In this document: positions 36,430-46,412 of the stretch, one piece after another | How the letters are laid out: each line of letters starts with the position of its first letter | How positions within the stretch are numbered: position 1 is the first letter of the stretch | Source: Clostridiales bacterium | GTDB lineage: Bacteria > Bacillota > Clostridia > Oscillospirales > CAG-272 | Reading direction: 5' to 3' | Length of the DNA stretch: 64,000 nt | Assembly: GCA_012800735.1 (NCBI GenBank) | Contig: JAAZIU010000042.1 | Location: 36,809-100,808, forward strand | Program-made: the position numbers and the translations under genes | Notes under the pieces: generated by a model | Database searches by the model: none | Seen by the model: the letters and a program-made list of their open reading frames with translations, nothing else | What the model was told of the DNA's origin: nothing

Positions 36430-36460
36430 AGAACCCCGGAAAACAGAGGGTTCTTTTTTT
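36430..36460 (+). terminator. intrinsic terminator
   Basis: AGAACCC-cggaaaacaga-GGGTTCT followed by T6. Confidence 0.75.
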
Positions 36461-36596
36461 GTTGCATCATTGTTAACACATCAATCAAATATAATTCATT
36501 GTTACCTTCTATGCAATTATGCGATAGAAGGATCAGTCTGGTTTGTTTTAGTCCGCATATAATAATAAATGCCCGCAACAATCGGGCATTTATTAT

Positions 36597-37010
36597 TTAA
36601 AATTTGCAATAGCCTTTATAGCCGGCTTTAACGAGTACATCCTGCGCCGCAAGATCATTGTCGACCCGCATGATTACATAGGCTTCATTATTTGAAGCCT
36701 GAAATGCATACATATATTCGACGTTTATATTGTTGTCAGCCAGCACTTTCAAAACTTCTGCCAATCCACCGGGACGGTCATCCATTTTAACCGAAAGCAC
36801 TGACGTGAGTGAAACCGCTAAGCCTTTTTTTCTTAAAATCTGTTCAACAGAATCAGGATCGTCGACTATAATCCTCAATACACCGAAACGGCTTGTATCG
36901 GCGACTGAAAGCGAGCGGAGATTTATATCGTTTTCGGCAAGAAGCTTTGCTATTTCGGCAAGCCTGCCGGCGCGGTTTTCGACAAATATCGAAATTTGCT
37001 TTGTCAGCAT
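36597..37010 (-). CDS. tandem ACT-domain protein
   Basis: Trimmed to MLTKQISIFVENRAGRLAEI. A second ACT repeat is VKMDDRPGGLAEVL. It sits downstream of paaK as in known ior-paaK-ACT clusters. Confidence 0.8.
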   Translation of the reverse strand: MLTKQISIFVENRAGRLAEIAKLLAENDINLRSLSVADTSRFGVLRIIVDDPDSVEQILRKKGLAVSLTSVLSVKMDDRPGGLAEVLKVLADNNINVEYMYAFQASNNEAYVIMRVDNDLAAQDVLVKAGYKGYCKF

Positions 37011-37023
37011 TTCCCTTCCCCCT

Positions 37024-38328
37024 TTAATCAAGTCTTCTGTTGTCTATAACGTGCTTTGTTTTGCCTACTGAGCGTTCGATGGTCCCCGGTTCAACAAGTG
37101 TTATCTTAGCTGAAATATTCAATGCAGAGTCGAGTTCGGCTTTGATGCTGTTTTCAAGCGCCTGAAGGCCTCTTATCTGATCGGTAAACTGGGATGAGTT
37201 TATTTCAACTTTAATCTCCATCTGATCGAGTGTTCCCTGTCGGTCAACTATAATCAGATATCTTGGGTCAACATTTCCGGAACTTAAAAGCACGCTTTCA
37301 ATTTGCGACGGGAAAACATTTACTCCTCTGATTATCAGCATATCATCAGAGCGGCCGGTAATTCTGTCCATTCGTATAAGCGTACGTCCGCAGTCACATT
37401 TACCGCGGTGAAGCGCCGAAATGTCGCGGGTGTTGTAGCGTATCAGCGGCATAGCCTCTTTATTGATACAGGTAAAGCAAACTTCTCCCGGCACACCGTC
37501 AGGCTGGCGCAATCCTGTGACAGGGTCGACAACTTCTACTATAAAGTGGTCTTCGTTTACGTGTAAATCTTTATGTGTTTGACATGAAAACGCAACTCCG
37601 GGACCGCATATTTCGGAAAGACCGTAAATATCAGTTGCCGTAAGGTTTAAAAAGTTTTCAATCTGGGTGCGCATGTTGTCGGACCACGGTTCGGCGCCGA
37701 AAATGCCGTATTTCAGATTAACTGAATTCATGGAAATATTGTTATCGCGCATGTGTTCGTATAAATAAATGGCGTATGACGGGGTGCAGCAAAGAACGGT
37801 TGTACCGAAGTCCTGCATCATAAGAATCTGACGCGCGGTATTTCCGGTTGAAGCAGGTATTACGGAGCATCCGAGTTTTTCCGCGCCGTAATGCGCGCCG
37901 AGACCGCCGGTGAACATCGAATAACCGTAACAAACCTGAACTATATCGTCCTTTGTAGCTCCGGCGCAGGCAAGAACTCTTGCGACACATTCTGCCCAGA
38001 CATCAAGGTCACGCTGTGTATACGTGACGACAGTTTGCTTACCGCTTGTACCCGATGATGCGTGTATGCGCACGACATCGCTCATCGGTACGGCGTTCAT
38101 GCCATAAGGATAATTGTCTCTTAAATCCTGCTTTGTCGTAAATGGAAGTTTTGCAAGGTCGTCAACACTTTTTATATCTTCGGGTTTTACGCCCGCCGCG
38201 TCCATTTTCGCCCGGTATGGCATAACATTCTCATATGCACGCCGGACGGTTTTTTTAAGTCTTTCTGTCTGAAGCGACGACATTTCGTCGCTTGACATGG
38301 TTTCTTCGTGTTTGTTGAAAAAAGCCAT
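37024..38328 (-). CDS. paaK: phenylacetate-CoA ligase family (PaaK-like) adenylate-forming enzyme
   Basis: LPFTTKQDLRDNYPYGM and HASSGTSGKQTV are PaaK hallmarks. Confidence 0.85.
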   Translation of the reverse strand: MAFFNKHEETMSSDEMSSLQTERLKKTVRRAYENVMPYRAKMDAAGVKPEDIKSVDDLAKLPFTTKQDLRDNYPYGMNAVPMSDVVRIHASSGTSGKQTVVTYTQRDLDVWAECVARVLACAGATKDDIVQVCYGYSMFTGGLGAHYGAEKLGCSVIPASTGNTARQILMMQDFGTTVLCCTPSYAIYLYEHMRDNNISMNSVNLKYGIFGAEPWSDNMRTQIENFLNLTATDIYGLSEICGPGVAFSCQTHKDLHVNEDHFIVEVVDPVTGLRQPDGVPGEVCFTCINKEAMPLIRYNTRDISALHRGKCDCGRTLIRMDRITGRSDDMLIIRGVNVFPSQIESVLLSSGNVDPRYLIIVDRQGTLDQMEIKVEINSSQFTDQIRGLQALENSIKAELDSALNISAKITLVEPGTIERSVGKTKHVIDNRRLD

Positions 38329-38354
38329 TATAATCTCAGTTCCTTATTTTGATT

Positions 38355-38936
38355 TTATTTTTCGTAGTTGTAACCAAGCTCAAAAGCTTTTAGGTTCACT
38401 TCAAGGAACTTGGCCGGAACGGATATTTTCACCGATTCCTTTAATGTCTCGATATCAAGTCCGAGATATTTACCCATCAGGCCGATAAGCGCTACATTTG
38501 ATGTCCTTTCGTTTCCGGCTTCCTTTGCGAGCTGCAAAGTATCAGCCGCGACAAGCTTTACGCCTTTATCTTTAATCTTTTCTGCAAGCTGATCCGGATA
38601 GTCAAGAGCTCCGGTTATAACAGGCATGGGATTGATTTTTTGCGTGTTAACAACTATAATCCCTTCTTTTTTCAGATACGGCAGCCATCTTGCCGCCTCA
38701 AGAAGCTCAAAGCTCATTATAACATCGGCTTCTCCGCGGCAGATAACCGGTGACCATACCTTTTCACCATATCTTACATAGGTGACAACCGAGCCGCCGC
38801 GCTGTGACATACCGTGGACTTCCGACACCTTTACATCGTACCCTTTAAGCAATACGGCGTTGCCGATTATTCTTGAAGCGAGCAGCGAACCCTGGCCGCC
38901 GACGCCTACAATCATTATATTTTTAGTTTCGTTCAT
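38355..38936 (-). CDS. iorB: indolepyruvate:ferredoxin oxidoreductase beta subunit
   Basis: IMIVGVGGQGSLLASRI. The start overlaps the iorA stop (TAATG). Confidence 0.85.
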   Translation of the reverse strand: MNETKNIMIVGVGGQGSLLASRIIGNAVLLKGYDVKVSEVHGMSQRGGSVVTYVRYGEKVWSPVICRGEADVIMSFELLEAARWLPYLKKEGIIVVNTQKINPMPVITGALDYPDQLAEKIKDKGVKLVAADTLQLAKEAGNERTSNVALIGLMGKYLGLDIETLKESVKISVPAKFLEVNLKAFELGYNYEK

Positions 38937-40681
38937 TACTCATTGCCTCCATATATAGCTCCAAAGCGGCAGAGCTTGATGCAGAGTCCGCAGCCGGTGC
39001 AAAGTGTTGCATCGATTTTTGCCTTGCCATCCGTCATGGAAATACAAGGGCAGCCTATTGTCATGCAGGCACGGCAGCTCTTGCATTTATCAGTATCAAC
39101 GTGATAAGCGGGCAGCCGTGCTACCCCTTTCAATAAAGCGCAGGGACGACGGCAGACAATTACCGAAGGTTCGTCAGAAGAAAGTTCTTCCTTGAGAATC
39201 TTTTCAAACTCTGAGATATCAAGGGGGTCGACCGTTCTGATATGCTCTTTTTTCACTCCTACGGCGAGAGCAATATCTTCAGGCATTACCGCATATGTAG
39301 GTTCTTCTTTGAGAGTTCTGCCGGTTGACGGGTTATCCTGATGCCCTGTCATTGCAGTAATTCGGTTATCAAGTATTACCAAGGTTGACTGTCCTTTATT
39401 GTAAACGAGATTTACAAGTCCGGTGATGCCGGAGTGCATAAAGGTTGAGTCACCGATAACCGCAACCGATTTACCTGCCAACTCAGGTCGAATTTTATTA
39501 AATCCGTGAATAGAAGACACCGAAGCGCCCATACAGAAAGTAGTATCTATCGCGCTCAGTGGAGGCGCGGCGCCGAGAGTGTAGCAGCCGATATCTCCCG
39601 AAACATAAAGTTTCAGCTTTTTGAAAACATAGAAGACACCCCTGTGCGGACATCCCGGGCAAAGCACCGGCGGACGGCCGGGGATTTTGTCATCAAGAGA
39701 AACGCTTTCCGTCTTTACTCCGAGCAGTTTTTCGCGGAGCAGATCCTGTGAAAATTCATCGGTTTTCGGAAGCAAATTCTTGCCGTCTACATTAACGCCG
39801 ATTTTTTTGCAGAAGCTTTCAATATAATCGTCAAGTTCCTCGATTACGATAACTCGTCCGCAATTAGACGCAAATTCTTTTATTTTGTTTTCGGGCAGTG
39901 GAAAAACCATCCCGATTTTAAGATATGATGCGGAATTACCAAAAACTTCCCGCGCATAATTATAGCAGGTTCCGGAGGTTATAATGCCGACACTGTTCCC
40001 GTTATCGCTCGTTTCTATTCTGTTGAATTCGCAGGTTTCTGCATATTCGGAAAGGCTTTCCAGCCGCTCTTCAACTTTAATATGTCTCGGTTTTGCGTTA
40101 GCGGGAGTCATAACTCGCTTAGTAGGATCTTTTACATACTTCACAAGCTCCCGCTCAACTCTGTCGGATAATTCAACCAACCCCTGCGAGTGTGAGATTC
40201 TGGTGCTGAGGCGTATTATTACAGGGGTGTCAAATTGTTCGGATAGCTCAAAGCCCGATTTTACAAATTCGATGCATTCTTCCGAATTGGAGGGTTCAAG
40301 CATAGGAAGCTTTGAAGCTTCCGCGTAATGCCTAGAATCCTGTTCGTTTTGGGAGCTGTGCATCCCCGGGTCGTCAGCTACTATAATCAACATTCCGCCG
40401 CCGACTCCGACATATGATCCGATAAACAGCGGATCCGCCGCAACGTTAAGTCCGACATGCTTCATACAGCAAGCTGAGCGACCGCCGGCGACCGAAGCTC
40501 CGAGAGCGGTTTCAAGCGCTACTTTTTCATTTGGAGCCCACTCGGCGTATATCTCATCATATTTTGCAGCATATTCGGTTATTTCGGTACTGGGAGTACC
40601 GGGATAGCTTGATACCAGACGGCAGCCGGCTTCATAAAGCCCTCTTGCTACCGCTTCGTTTCCAAGCATTAATTTTTTCAT
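38936..40681 (-). CDS. iorA: indolepyruvate:ferredoxin oxidoreductase alpha subunit (TPP and 4Fe-4S binding)
   Basis: Trimmed to MKKLMLGNEAVARGLYEAG (GGAG RBS), 28 nt after the obg stop. TPP motif GDSTFMHSG. C-terminal ferredoxin motifs CKSCRAC...CP and CTGCGLC. Confidence 0.9.
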   Translation of the reverse strand: MKKLMLGNEAVARGLYEAGCRLVSSYPGTPSTEITEYAAKYDEIYAEWAPNEKVALETALGASVAGGRSACCMKHVGLNVAADPLFIGSYVGVGGGMLIIVADDPGMHSSQNEQDSRHYAEASKLPMLEPSNSEECIEFVKSGFELSEQFDTPVIIRLSTRISHSQGLVELSDRVERELVKYVKDPTKRVMTPANAKPRHIKVEERLESLSEYAETCEFNRIETSDNGNSVGIITSGTCYNYAREVFGNSASYLKIGMVFPLPENKIKEFASNCGRVIVIEELDDYIESFCKKIGVNVDGKNLLPKTDEFSQDLLREKLLGVKTESVSLDDKIPGRPPVLCPGCPHRGVFYVFKKLKLYVSGDIGCYTLGAAPPLSAIDTTFCMGASVSSIHGFNKIRPELAGKSVAVIGDSTFMHSGITGLVNLVYNKGQSTLVILDNRITAMTGHQDNPSTGRTLKEEPTYAVMPEDIALAVGVKKEHIRTVDPLDISEFEKILKEELSSDEPSVIVCRRPCALLKGVARLPAYHVDTDKCKSCRACMTIGCPCISMTDGKAKIDATLCTGCGLCIKLCRFGAIYGGNE

Positions 40682-40709
40682 GACTATATCTCCGTTAAAT
40701 ATTTTATAA

Positions 40710-41987
40710 TCAGCTGACGAAATCGAATTCGAAATCGTATATAGAGACCGTGTCTCCGTTTTTGCATCCCTTTTCTTCAAGAGCTTCAATGACGCCACTG
40801 GTTCGCAGGACACGCTGGAAATACATAAGCGATTCCTTTTCGTCGAAATTAATATCTCTCATCAACCGTAAAAGCCATTCGCTCTCTACGACATAGGTGC
40901 CGTCAACATTGGTTATTTCTATATAGCGGTCATCTCGATCGGCGGCGTTATCACACGGATCAATCTCCGGTTCGTATATCTTGATTGCCGGCAGCTTTTC
41001 GAGTTTATCGAACATCAGTCCTACAAGCTCTTCACAACCTTCTCCGGTTTCCGCAGATATTCTTGCAAAACCGCAATTGTTTTTTGCGGCATAAGCTTCA
41101 ATCTGAGTTGTGTCGGTGTCTTCGGCAAGAATATCGCATTTGTTCGCAGCAATAATCTGAGGTCTTTCCAGCAGCGAACTATCATAGTTTCTCAACTCAT
41201 TATTGATAGTCTTAAGGTTTTCCAACGGGTCACCGTCTTCTCCGGAAGCATCAACTACGTGAATAAACAAACGGCAGCGTTCAATATGCCGGAGAAACTC
41301 AAATCCGAGTCCCGCGCCTTCGGAAGCGCCGCTTATCAGTCCGGGAATGTCGGCTGCAACAGCCGTTCTGGAGCTTTCTTTTGGGTGAGTTACGACACCT
41401 AAAATGGGGGTTAGCGTAGTAAATTTATAGCTTGCGATTTTTGGTCTTGCAGCGCTTATTTTATTTAAAAGCGATGATTTTCCGGCGTTCGGAAGTCCGA
41501 TAAGACCTACATCGGCTATCATTTTTAGCTCAAGTATGATTTCCCTCTCTTCGCCTTGAATACCGCTTTTTGCAAAACGCGGCGCTTGTCTAGTAGGTGT
41601 GGCAAAACGCACGTTTCCCCATCCGCCATTACCTCCGCGACAGATAATCAGATCGTCGGCATTCGTCATGTCCGCAATGATTAACTCACTTTCCGCGTCT
41701 CGAATTATCGTTCCCTGCGGTACTCTCAGAATTACATCCGGAGCGCTTGCCCCATGGAGCTTTTTCGCTCCTCCTTTTGCACCATTGCCTGCTTTAAATA
41801 TTCTTTTGTATTTATAATCAATTAAGGAGGAGAGGCTTTTATCAATTCTGATTACTATGTTTCCGCCGCGTCCTCCGTCTCCGCCGTCGGGACCGCCATG
41901 AGACACATATTTTTCTCTGCGGAAGGATACCGCACCGTTCCCGCCGTCCCCGGCTTTAACATGAATCTTTATTTTGTCTAATATCAT
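40710..41987 (-). CDS. obg: GTPase Obg/CgtA
   Basis: Gly-rich Obg fold (GDGGNGAVSFRREKY), G1 GLPNAGKSS, and a C-terminal OCT domain. Confidence 0.95.
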   Translation of the reverse strand: MILDKIKIHVKAGDGGNGAVSFRREKYVSHGGPDGGDGGRGGNIVIRIDKSLSSLIDYKYKRIFKAGNGAKGGAKKLHGASAPDVILRVPQGTIIRDAESELIIADMTNADDLIICRGGNGGWGNVRFATPTRQAPRFAKSGIQGEEREIILELKMIADVGLIGLPNAGKSSLLNKISAARPKIASYKFTTLTPILGVVTHPKESSRTAVAADIPGLISGASEGAGLGFEFLRHIERCRLFIHVVDASGEDGDPLENLKTINNELRNYDSSLLERPQIIAANKCDILAEDTDTTQIEAYAAKNNCGFARISAETGEGCEELVGLMFDKLEKLPAIKIYEPEIDPCDNAADRDDRYIEITNVDGTYVVESEWLLRLMRDINFDEKESLMYFQRVLRTSGVIEALEEKGCKNGDTVSIYDFEFDFVS

Positions 41988-41996
41988 TTCTTTAAA

Positions 41997-43988
41997 TTAA
42001 TTTTGTTCCAAGTTTAGCATTTGCTTAAATTCTGCTTCGTCGATTATCTTAATTCCGAGTGATTGAGCTTTTGTGTGTTTACTTCCCGGATCGCTTCCCG
42101 CTAAAAGATAGTCGGTTTTTTTAGATACCGAGGAAGCAGTTTTACCTCCGCGGCTCTCAATCAAAGCTTGTGCTTCGCTTCGCGTAAGAGTCGGCAGAGT
42201 TCCGGTTAGAACGAAAGTCATGCCGGAAAATGTATCCGGTTGTCCTGAATCTGAATTTTCAATAACGGTAAGCACACCATATGACTTGAGTTCATCTATA
42301 ATGACTCGGGTTTCGGGATTTTTAAAATACTCAATAACGTTATGCGCGGTTATTTCTCCGATATCTTCAACTTCTATAAGTTCCTCTTCGTTAGAGATAA
42401 AGAAATTTTCAATATCTCTTAGCTGAACAGCGAGGCTTTTAGCGGCTTTTTCGCCGACCTCACGAATGCCGAGCGCGTATATAAGCTTGTCAAGTCCTCT
42501 CGTTTTTGAGTTTTCAATACTCTGAATAATGTTTGCAGCCGATTTTTCCCCCATCCTGTCGAGTTTGGCAAGCTCATCCATTTTTAGTTTATATATGTCG
42601 GCACAATTTGAAACCATATTTTCATTTATCAATTTTAGCAGCAGCTTTTCGCCAAGTCCAACAATATTCATCGCATTTGTGGAGACAAAGTGAAGAAGAT
42701 TACGATGCAGCTGAGCCGGACAGGCAGGATTCAAACATCTGAAAGCTGCTTCCCCCTCTTCCCTTGTCACGGGAGCGCCACAGGATGGACAATCTTCCGG
42801 CATTTTATATGAGATAGTGTTTTCCGGGCGTTTTGAAAGGTTTACGCCGAGAATTTCCGGAATTATCTCTCCGGCTTTTCTTACAATTATTGTATCGCTT
42901 ACTCGAATATCCCTGCTTAAAATATAGTCTGCGTTGTGAAGGGTGGCTTTTGATACAGTAGTTCCGGCAAGATGGATCGGATCAAACATGGCGTAAGGGG
43001 TGAGGACACCGGTACGACCGACATTGACATCGATATGTCTTAATACCGTCTCCTTTTCTTCCGGCGGAAACTTATATGCAACCGCCCATCTCGGTGTGTT
43101 GGCGGTTTCGCCTAAACGAATTCTGTCGGAAAGAAGATCGGCTTTTATAACGGCGCCGTCAATCAAATATCCGAGCTGTCCGCGGCTTTCTCCGATATTA
43201 ATAACAATTTCCTTAATTTTTTCCGGATCCGCCGTTACTGTATGGTTTATAACATCAAAACCTAAAGAGCTTAAGAATTCAAGTCCCTCGCTGTGACGGG
43301 AAAACTGCTTTTCACAGCGCTGAATATTGAATACTAACACATCAAGATTGCGCTCGGCTGTTATTCTTGCATCAAGCTGCCTGAGCGAGCCTGCCGCCGC
43401 ATTTCGCGGGTTTGCAAATAGCTGCTCGCCTTTATCGGCGCGATCCGCGTTAAGCGCTTCGAAACTCGAAAGCGGCATATATGTTTCACCGCGAATATCA
43501 AGCAGTCCGTCATAGTTTATTCGCTTAGGTAGTGTTTTAATGGTTCTGATATTGTCGGTAACATCCTCGCCTACATAACCGTCCCCACGGGTGGCAGCAG
43601 ATATCAAAACTCCGTTTTCATATATAATCGAGACGGAAAGTCCGTCAACCTTTTCCTCGACCGAAAATTCAATAGGCGTTCCGGCGTCTTCATCGGTTTT
43701 TGAAATAAAGCTTTCCAGCTCATTAAATGAGAATACATCGTTAAGACTTCCCATGTAAACTTCGTGATTGACCTTGGAAAATCTTGCGGCCGGCTTATAT
43801 CCCGCTTGTCTTGTCGGTGAATCAGGAGTTATATACTCCGGATTTTTATTTTCAAGCTCTGTTAGCTCACGGAAAAGTAAGTCGTATTCGTAATCTGTAA
43901 TTTCCGGTTTGTCGAGCTCATGATACAAACGGCGATGACGGTTGATCGTTTCGCGCAGCTCATTTATTCTTTTCTCTGTCTCGTTCAT
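41997..43988 (-). CDS. ligA: NAD-dependent DNA ligase
   Basis: Adenylation motif EEKVDG, Zn finger CPSCGAP...C..C, HhH and BRCT regions. The start is ATG 43988 or GTG 43994. Confidence 0.95.
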   Translation of the reverse strand: MNETEKRINELRETINRHRRLYHELDKPEITDYEYDLLFRELTELENKNPEYITPDSPTRQAGYKPAARFSKVNHEVYMGSLNDVFSFNELESFISKTDEDAGTPIEFSVEEKVDGLSVSIIYENGVLISAATRGDGYVGEDVTDNIRTIKTLPKRINYDGLLDIRGETYMPLSSFEALNADRADKGEQLFANPRNAAAGSLRQLDARITAERNLDVLVFNIQRCEKQFSRHSEGLEFLSSLGFDVINHTVTADPEKIKEIVINIGESRGQLGYLIDGAVIKADLLSDRIRLGETANTPRWAVAYKFPPEEKETVLRHIDVNVGRTGVLTPYAMFDPIHLAGTTVSKATLHNADYILSRDIRVSDTIIVRKAGEIIPEILGVNLSKRPENTISYKMPEDCPSCGAPVTREEGEAAFRCLNPACPAQLHRNLLHFVSTNAMNIVGLGEKLLLKLINENMVSNCADIYKLKMDELAKLDRMGEKSAANIIQSIENSKTRGLDKLIYALGIREVGEKAAKSLAVQLRDIENFFISNEEELIEVEDIGEITAHNVIEYFKNPETRVIIDELKSYGVLTVIENSDSGQPDTFSGMTFVLTGTLPTLTRSEAQALIESRGGKTASSVSKKTDYLLAGSDPGSKHTKAQSLGIKIIDEAEFKQMLNLEQN

Positions 43989-44093
43989 ATTCACATTACC
44001 GATATAAAGGCATTAATATTATAATTATATCACATTTCGAACAGAAAATATATATATATTCGGAAAATTTAATCGGCATTTTCAAAGAACAGC

Positions 44094-44864
44094 TCATTTA
44101 CCCGCGATATAAAGTCGAACTCCCTTTGACGAAAGCTCGGATACCATATCATCGGAAAGAGGAAGATCGGTTATTACTGCGTAGAGTTTATCATAGGTAC
44201 AAACGCGGTTCATCAGAACTTGGCCTATTTTTGAGCTGTCGCATAATAGTACTGTTTTTGACGCAGCTGATATCATCGTTTTTTTAACTTGCGCCTCCTC
44301 ATCGGACGACTCGGTTACCCCCTTTTCGGTTGTAAAGCCGCGGCATGAAATAAAAGCCCAGTCGGCGTTGATTTCTTCAAAACGCTTACAGGCTGCGCTT
44401 CCTACTAATGACATACTGTGTTTACGAAGTCTTCCTCCGGTGCAGAAAGTCGTAATTTTGCTGTATGAATTCAACAGATAAGCCGTTTTAATGCCGTTTG
44501 TAATAACTGTCAGAGCGTCAAATCTTCTGAGATAAGGAACGAGTTCGGTAACGGTTGAGCTGGTATCAAGAATTATAGTTGCACCGTCGCTTATCAGTTT
44601 TGAAGCCGTCTGCGCTATACGGATTTTAGCTTCGGTATGCTCCCGCTCACGAATGTTGATAGGAAGATCGCTTGAAAGATTATCAAGCATAACCGCTCCG
44701 CCGTAAGTTCTTCGGATAGCTCCGCTCTCTGAAGAAATCTTTGAAAGATCTCGCCTTATAGTCGATTCGCTGACATGATATATCTGCGCTAATTGCTTAA
44801 CTGTGGCGGAACTGTGCTCATTTAATAAGCGTTTTATATCATTTCTTCGTTCGTTTGAGGTCAT
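44094..44864 (-). CDS. DeoR/GlpR-family transcriptional regulator
   Basis: wHTH VKQLAQIYHVSESTIRRDL plus a sugar-phosphate-binding C-domain. Confidence 0.85.
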   Translation of the reverse strand: MTSNERRNDIKRLLNEHSSATVKQLAQIYHVSESTIRRDLSKISSESGAIRRTYGGAVMLDNLSSDLPINIREREHTEAKIRIAQTASKLISDGATIILDTSSTVTELVPYLRRFDALTVITNGIKTAYLLNSYSKITTFCTGGRLRKHSMSLVGSAACKRFEEINADWAFISCRGFTTEKGVTESSDEEAQVKKTMISAASKTVLLCDSSKIGQVLMNRVCTYDKLYAVITDLPLSDDMVSELSSKGVRLYIAGK

Positions 44865-44908
44865 TTATTCACCAAATACCTATATTCTGTCTTATTTAAT
44901 CCATGATT

Positions 44909-44975
44909 GCACAATGCGCGCAGCATATGCGCAATTCACGCACAATTACTGCTCACTGTGATATTTTTTCGCAAT
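44909..44975. promoter_or_regulatory. candidate operator: four copies of a GC(A/G)CAAT-like heptamer phased by ~10-bp multiples
   Basis: GCACAAT 44909-15, GCGCAAT 44929-35, GCACAAT 44940-46, (T)CGCAAT 44969-75. The last copy directly abuts the -35 of the ADH operon promoter. Confidence 0.4.
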
Positions 44976-44976
44976 A

Positions 44977-45005
44977 TTGACAAGCCTTTGGGATGATGGT
45001 ATAAT
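44977..45005 (+). promoter_or_regulatory. sigma-A type promoter of the ADH/aldolase/PHP operon
   Basis: TTGACA (44977-82), 17-nt spacer, TGgTATAAT (45000-05). Confidence 0.65.
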
Positions 45006-45096
45006 AAATACAGTATCATTTATATTTATGTATTCACCTATATGATACCACAAAAAGAAAACAATTTCAATCATTAATAATTATGAGGTGAAAATT

Positions 45097-46386
45097 ATGT
45101 TAACCAAAGCTGTGCGTCTTTACGGTGTAAACGATCTTCGGCTTGAGCAGTTTGAGCTGCCCGAGATCAAAGAGGATGAGATTCTTGCTCATGTTATTTC
45201 AGACAGTATTTGTATGTCTTCCTACAAGGCTGCAATTCAAGGACCGAATCACAAGCGCGTTCCCGACGATGTAGCTGAAAATCCGGTTATAATCGGTCAC
45301 GAGTTCTGCGGTGAGCTTGTTAAAGTCGGCGAAAAATGGAAGAATCAGTTCAAAGAGGGTCAGAAATTTTCAATACAGCCCGCAATTAATTACAAAGGCT
45401 CTCTTGCTTCTCCCGGTTATTCTTATAAGTATATCGGGGGCGCCGCGACATATGTGATTATACCGAATGAGGTTATGGAGCTGGGCTGTCTTCTGCCATA
45501 TGAAGGCGAGGCCTTCTTCTACGGTTCCCTTTCAGAACCGATGAGCTGCATAGTAGGTTGCTATCACGCAAGCTATCACACAAAACCCGGTGTTTACAAG
45601 CATGAGATGGGCATAGTCGAGGGTGGTAATATGGCTATCCTTGCCGGCGCCGGACCTATGGGTCTTGGTCTTATCGACTACGCCATCCACGGAGACCGCA
45701 GACCGGGACTTCTTGTCGTGACAGATATCGACGGAGCACGTCTTGCCCGCGCAGCCGAAGTGCTGACTCCCGAGGATGCCGAAAAACACGGCGTTAAACT
45801 TGTATATGTTAATACGAACGACTATACCGATCCCTCTGATCCATATGCCGCGGACAATTATCTGCGCAGCTTATCAAAAGACGGCGTTGGCTATAACGAT
45901 GTATTTGTTTTCGCGCCTGTAAAAGCGCTTGTCGAACAGGCGGACAGACTGCTTGCGCATGATGGATGCCTTAACTTCTTTGCAGGTCCCACCGACCCCA
46001 AGTTCAGCGCCATGTTTAACTTCTATAATGTACATTATGCTTCAACCCATGTGGTGGGTACTTCAGGCGGAAATACCGCGGACATGATCGAATCGCTTGA
46101 ATACATGCAGTCCGGACGTATTAATCCTGCTGCAATGATTACTCATATCGGCGGACTCAACACGGTTGTTGAAACCACTATTAATCTGCCAAATATTCCC
46201 GGAGGAAAGAAGCTTGTTTATACCAACAAGGATCTGCCGCTTGTGGCAATAACCGATTTCGCGGAAAGAGGGAAAGACGATCCTTTTTATGCAGCTCTTG
46301 CCGAAATAGTCAGCCGCAACAATAATCTCTGGTGCACGGAAGCAGAAAAGTATCTGCTTGCCAACGCTCCGGATATTGTTCTTTGA
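45097..46386 (+). CDS. Zn-dependent MDR-family dehydrogenase (long form, sorbose-1-phosphate-reductase-like)
   Basis: Trimmed to MLTKAVRLYG (GAGGTG RBS). Contains GHEFCGE and the Rossmann motif GAGPMGLG. Confidence 0.75.
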   Translation: MLTKAVRLYGVNDLRLEQFELPEIKEDEILAHVISDSICMSSYKAAIQGPNHKRVPDDVAENPVIIGHEFCGELVKVGEKWKNQFKEGQKFSIQPAINYKGSLASPGYSYKYIGGAATYVIIPNEVMELGCLLPYEGEAFFYGSLSEPMSCIVGCYHASYHTKPGVYKHEMGIVEGGNMAILAGAGPMGLGLIDYAIHGDRRPGLLVVTDIDGARLARAAEVLTPEDAEKHGVKLVYVNTNDYTDPSDPYAADNYLRSLSKDGVGYNDVFVFAPVKALVEQADRLLAHDGCLNFFAGPTDPKFSAMFNFYNVHYASTHVVGTSGGNTADMIESLEYMQSGRINPAAMITHIGGLNTVVETTINLPNIPGGKKLVYTNKDLPLVAITDFAERGKDDPFYAALAEIVSRNNNLWCTEAEKYLLANAPDIVL

Positions 46387-46412
46387 AAATGGTACAGTAA
46401 GGAGACAATGAA

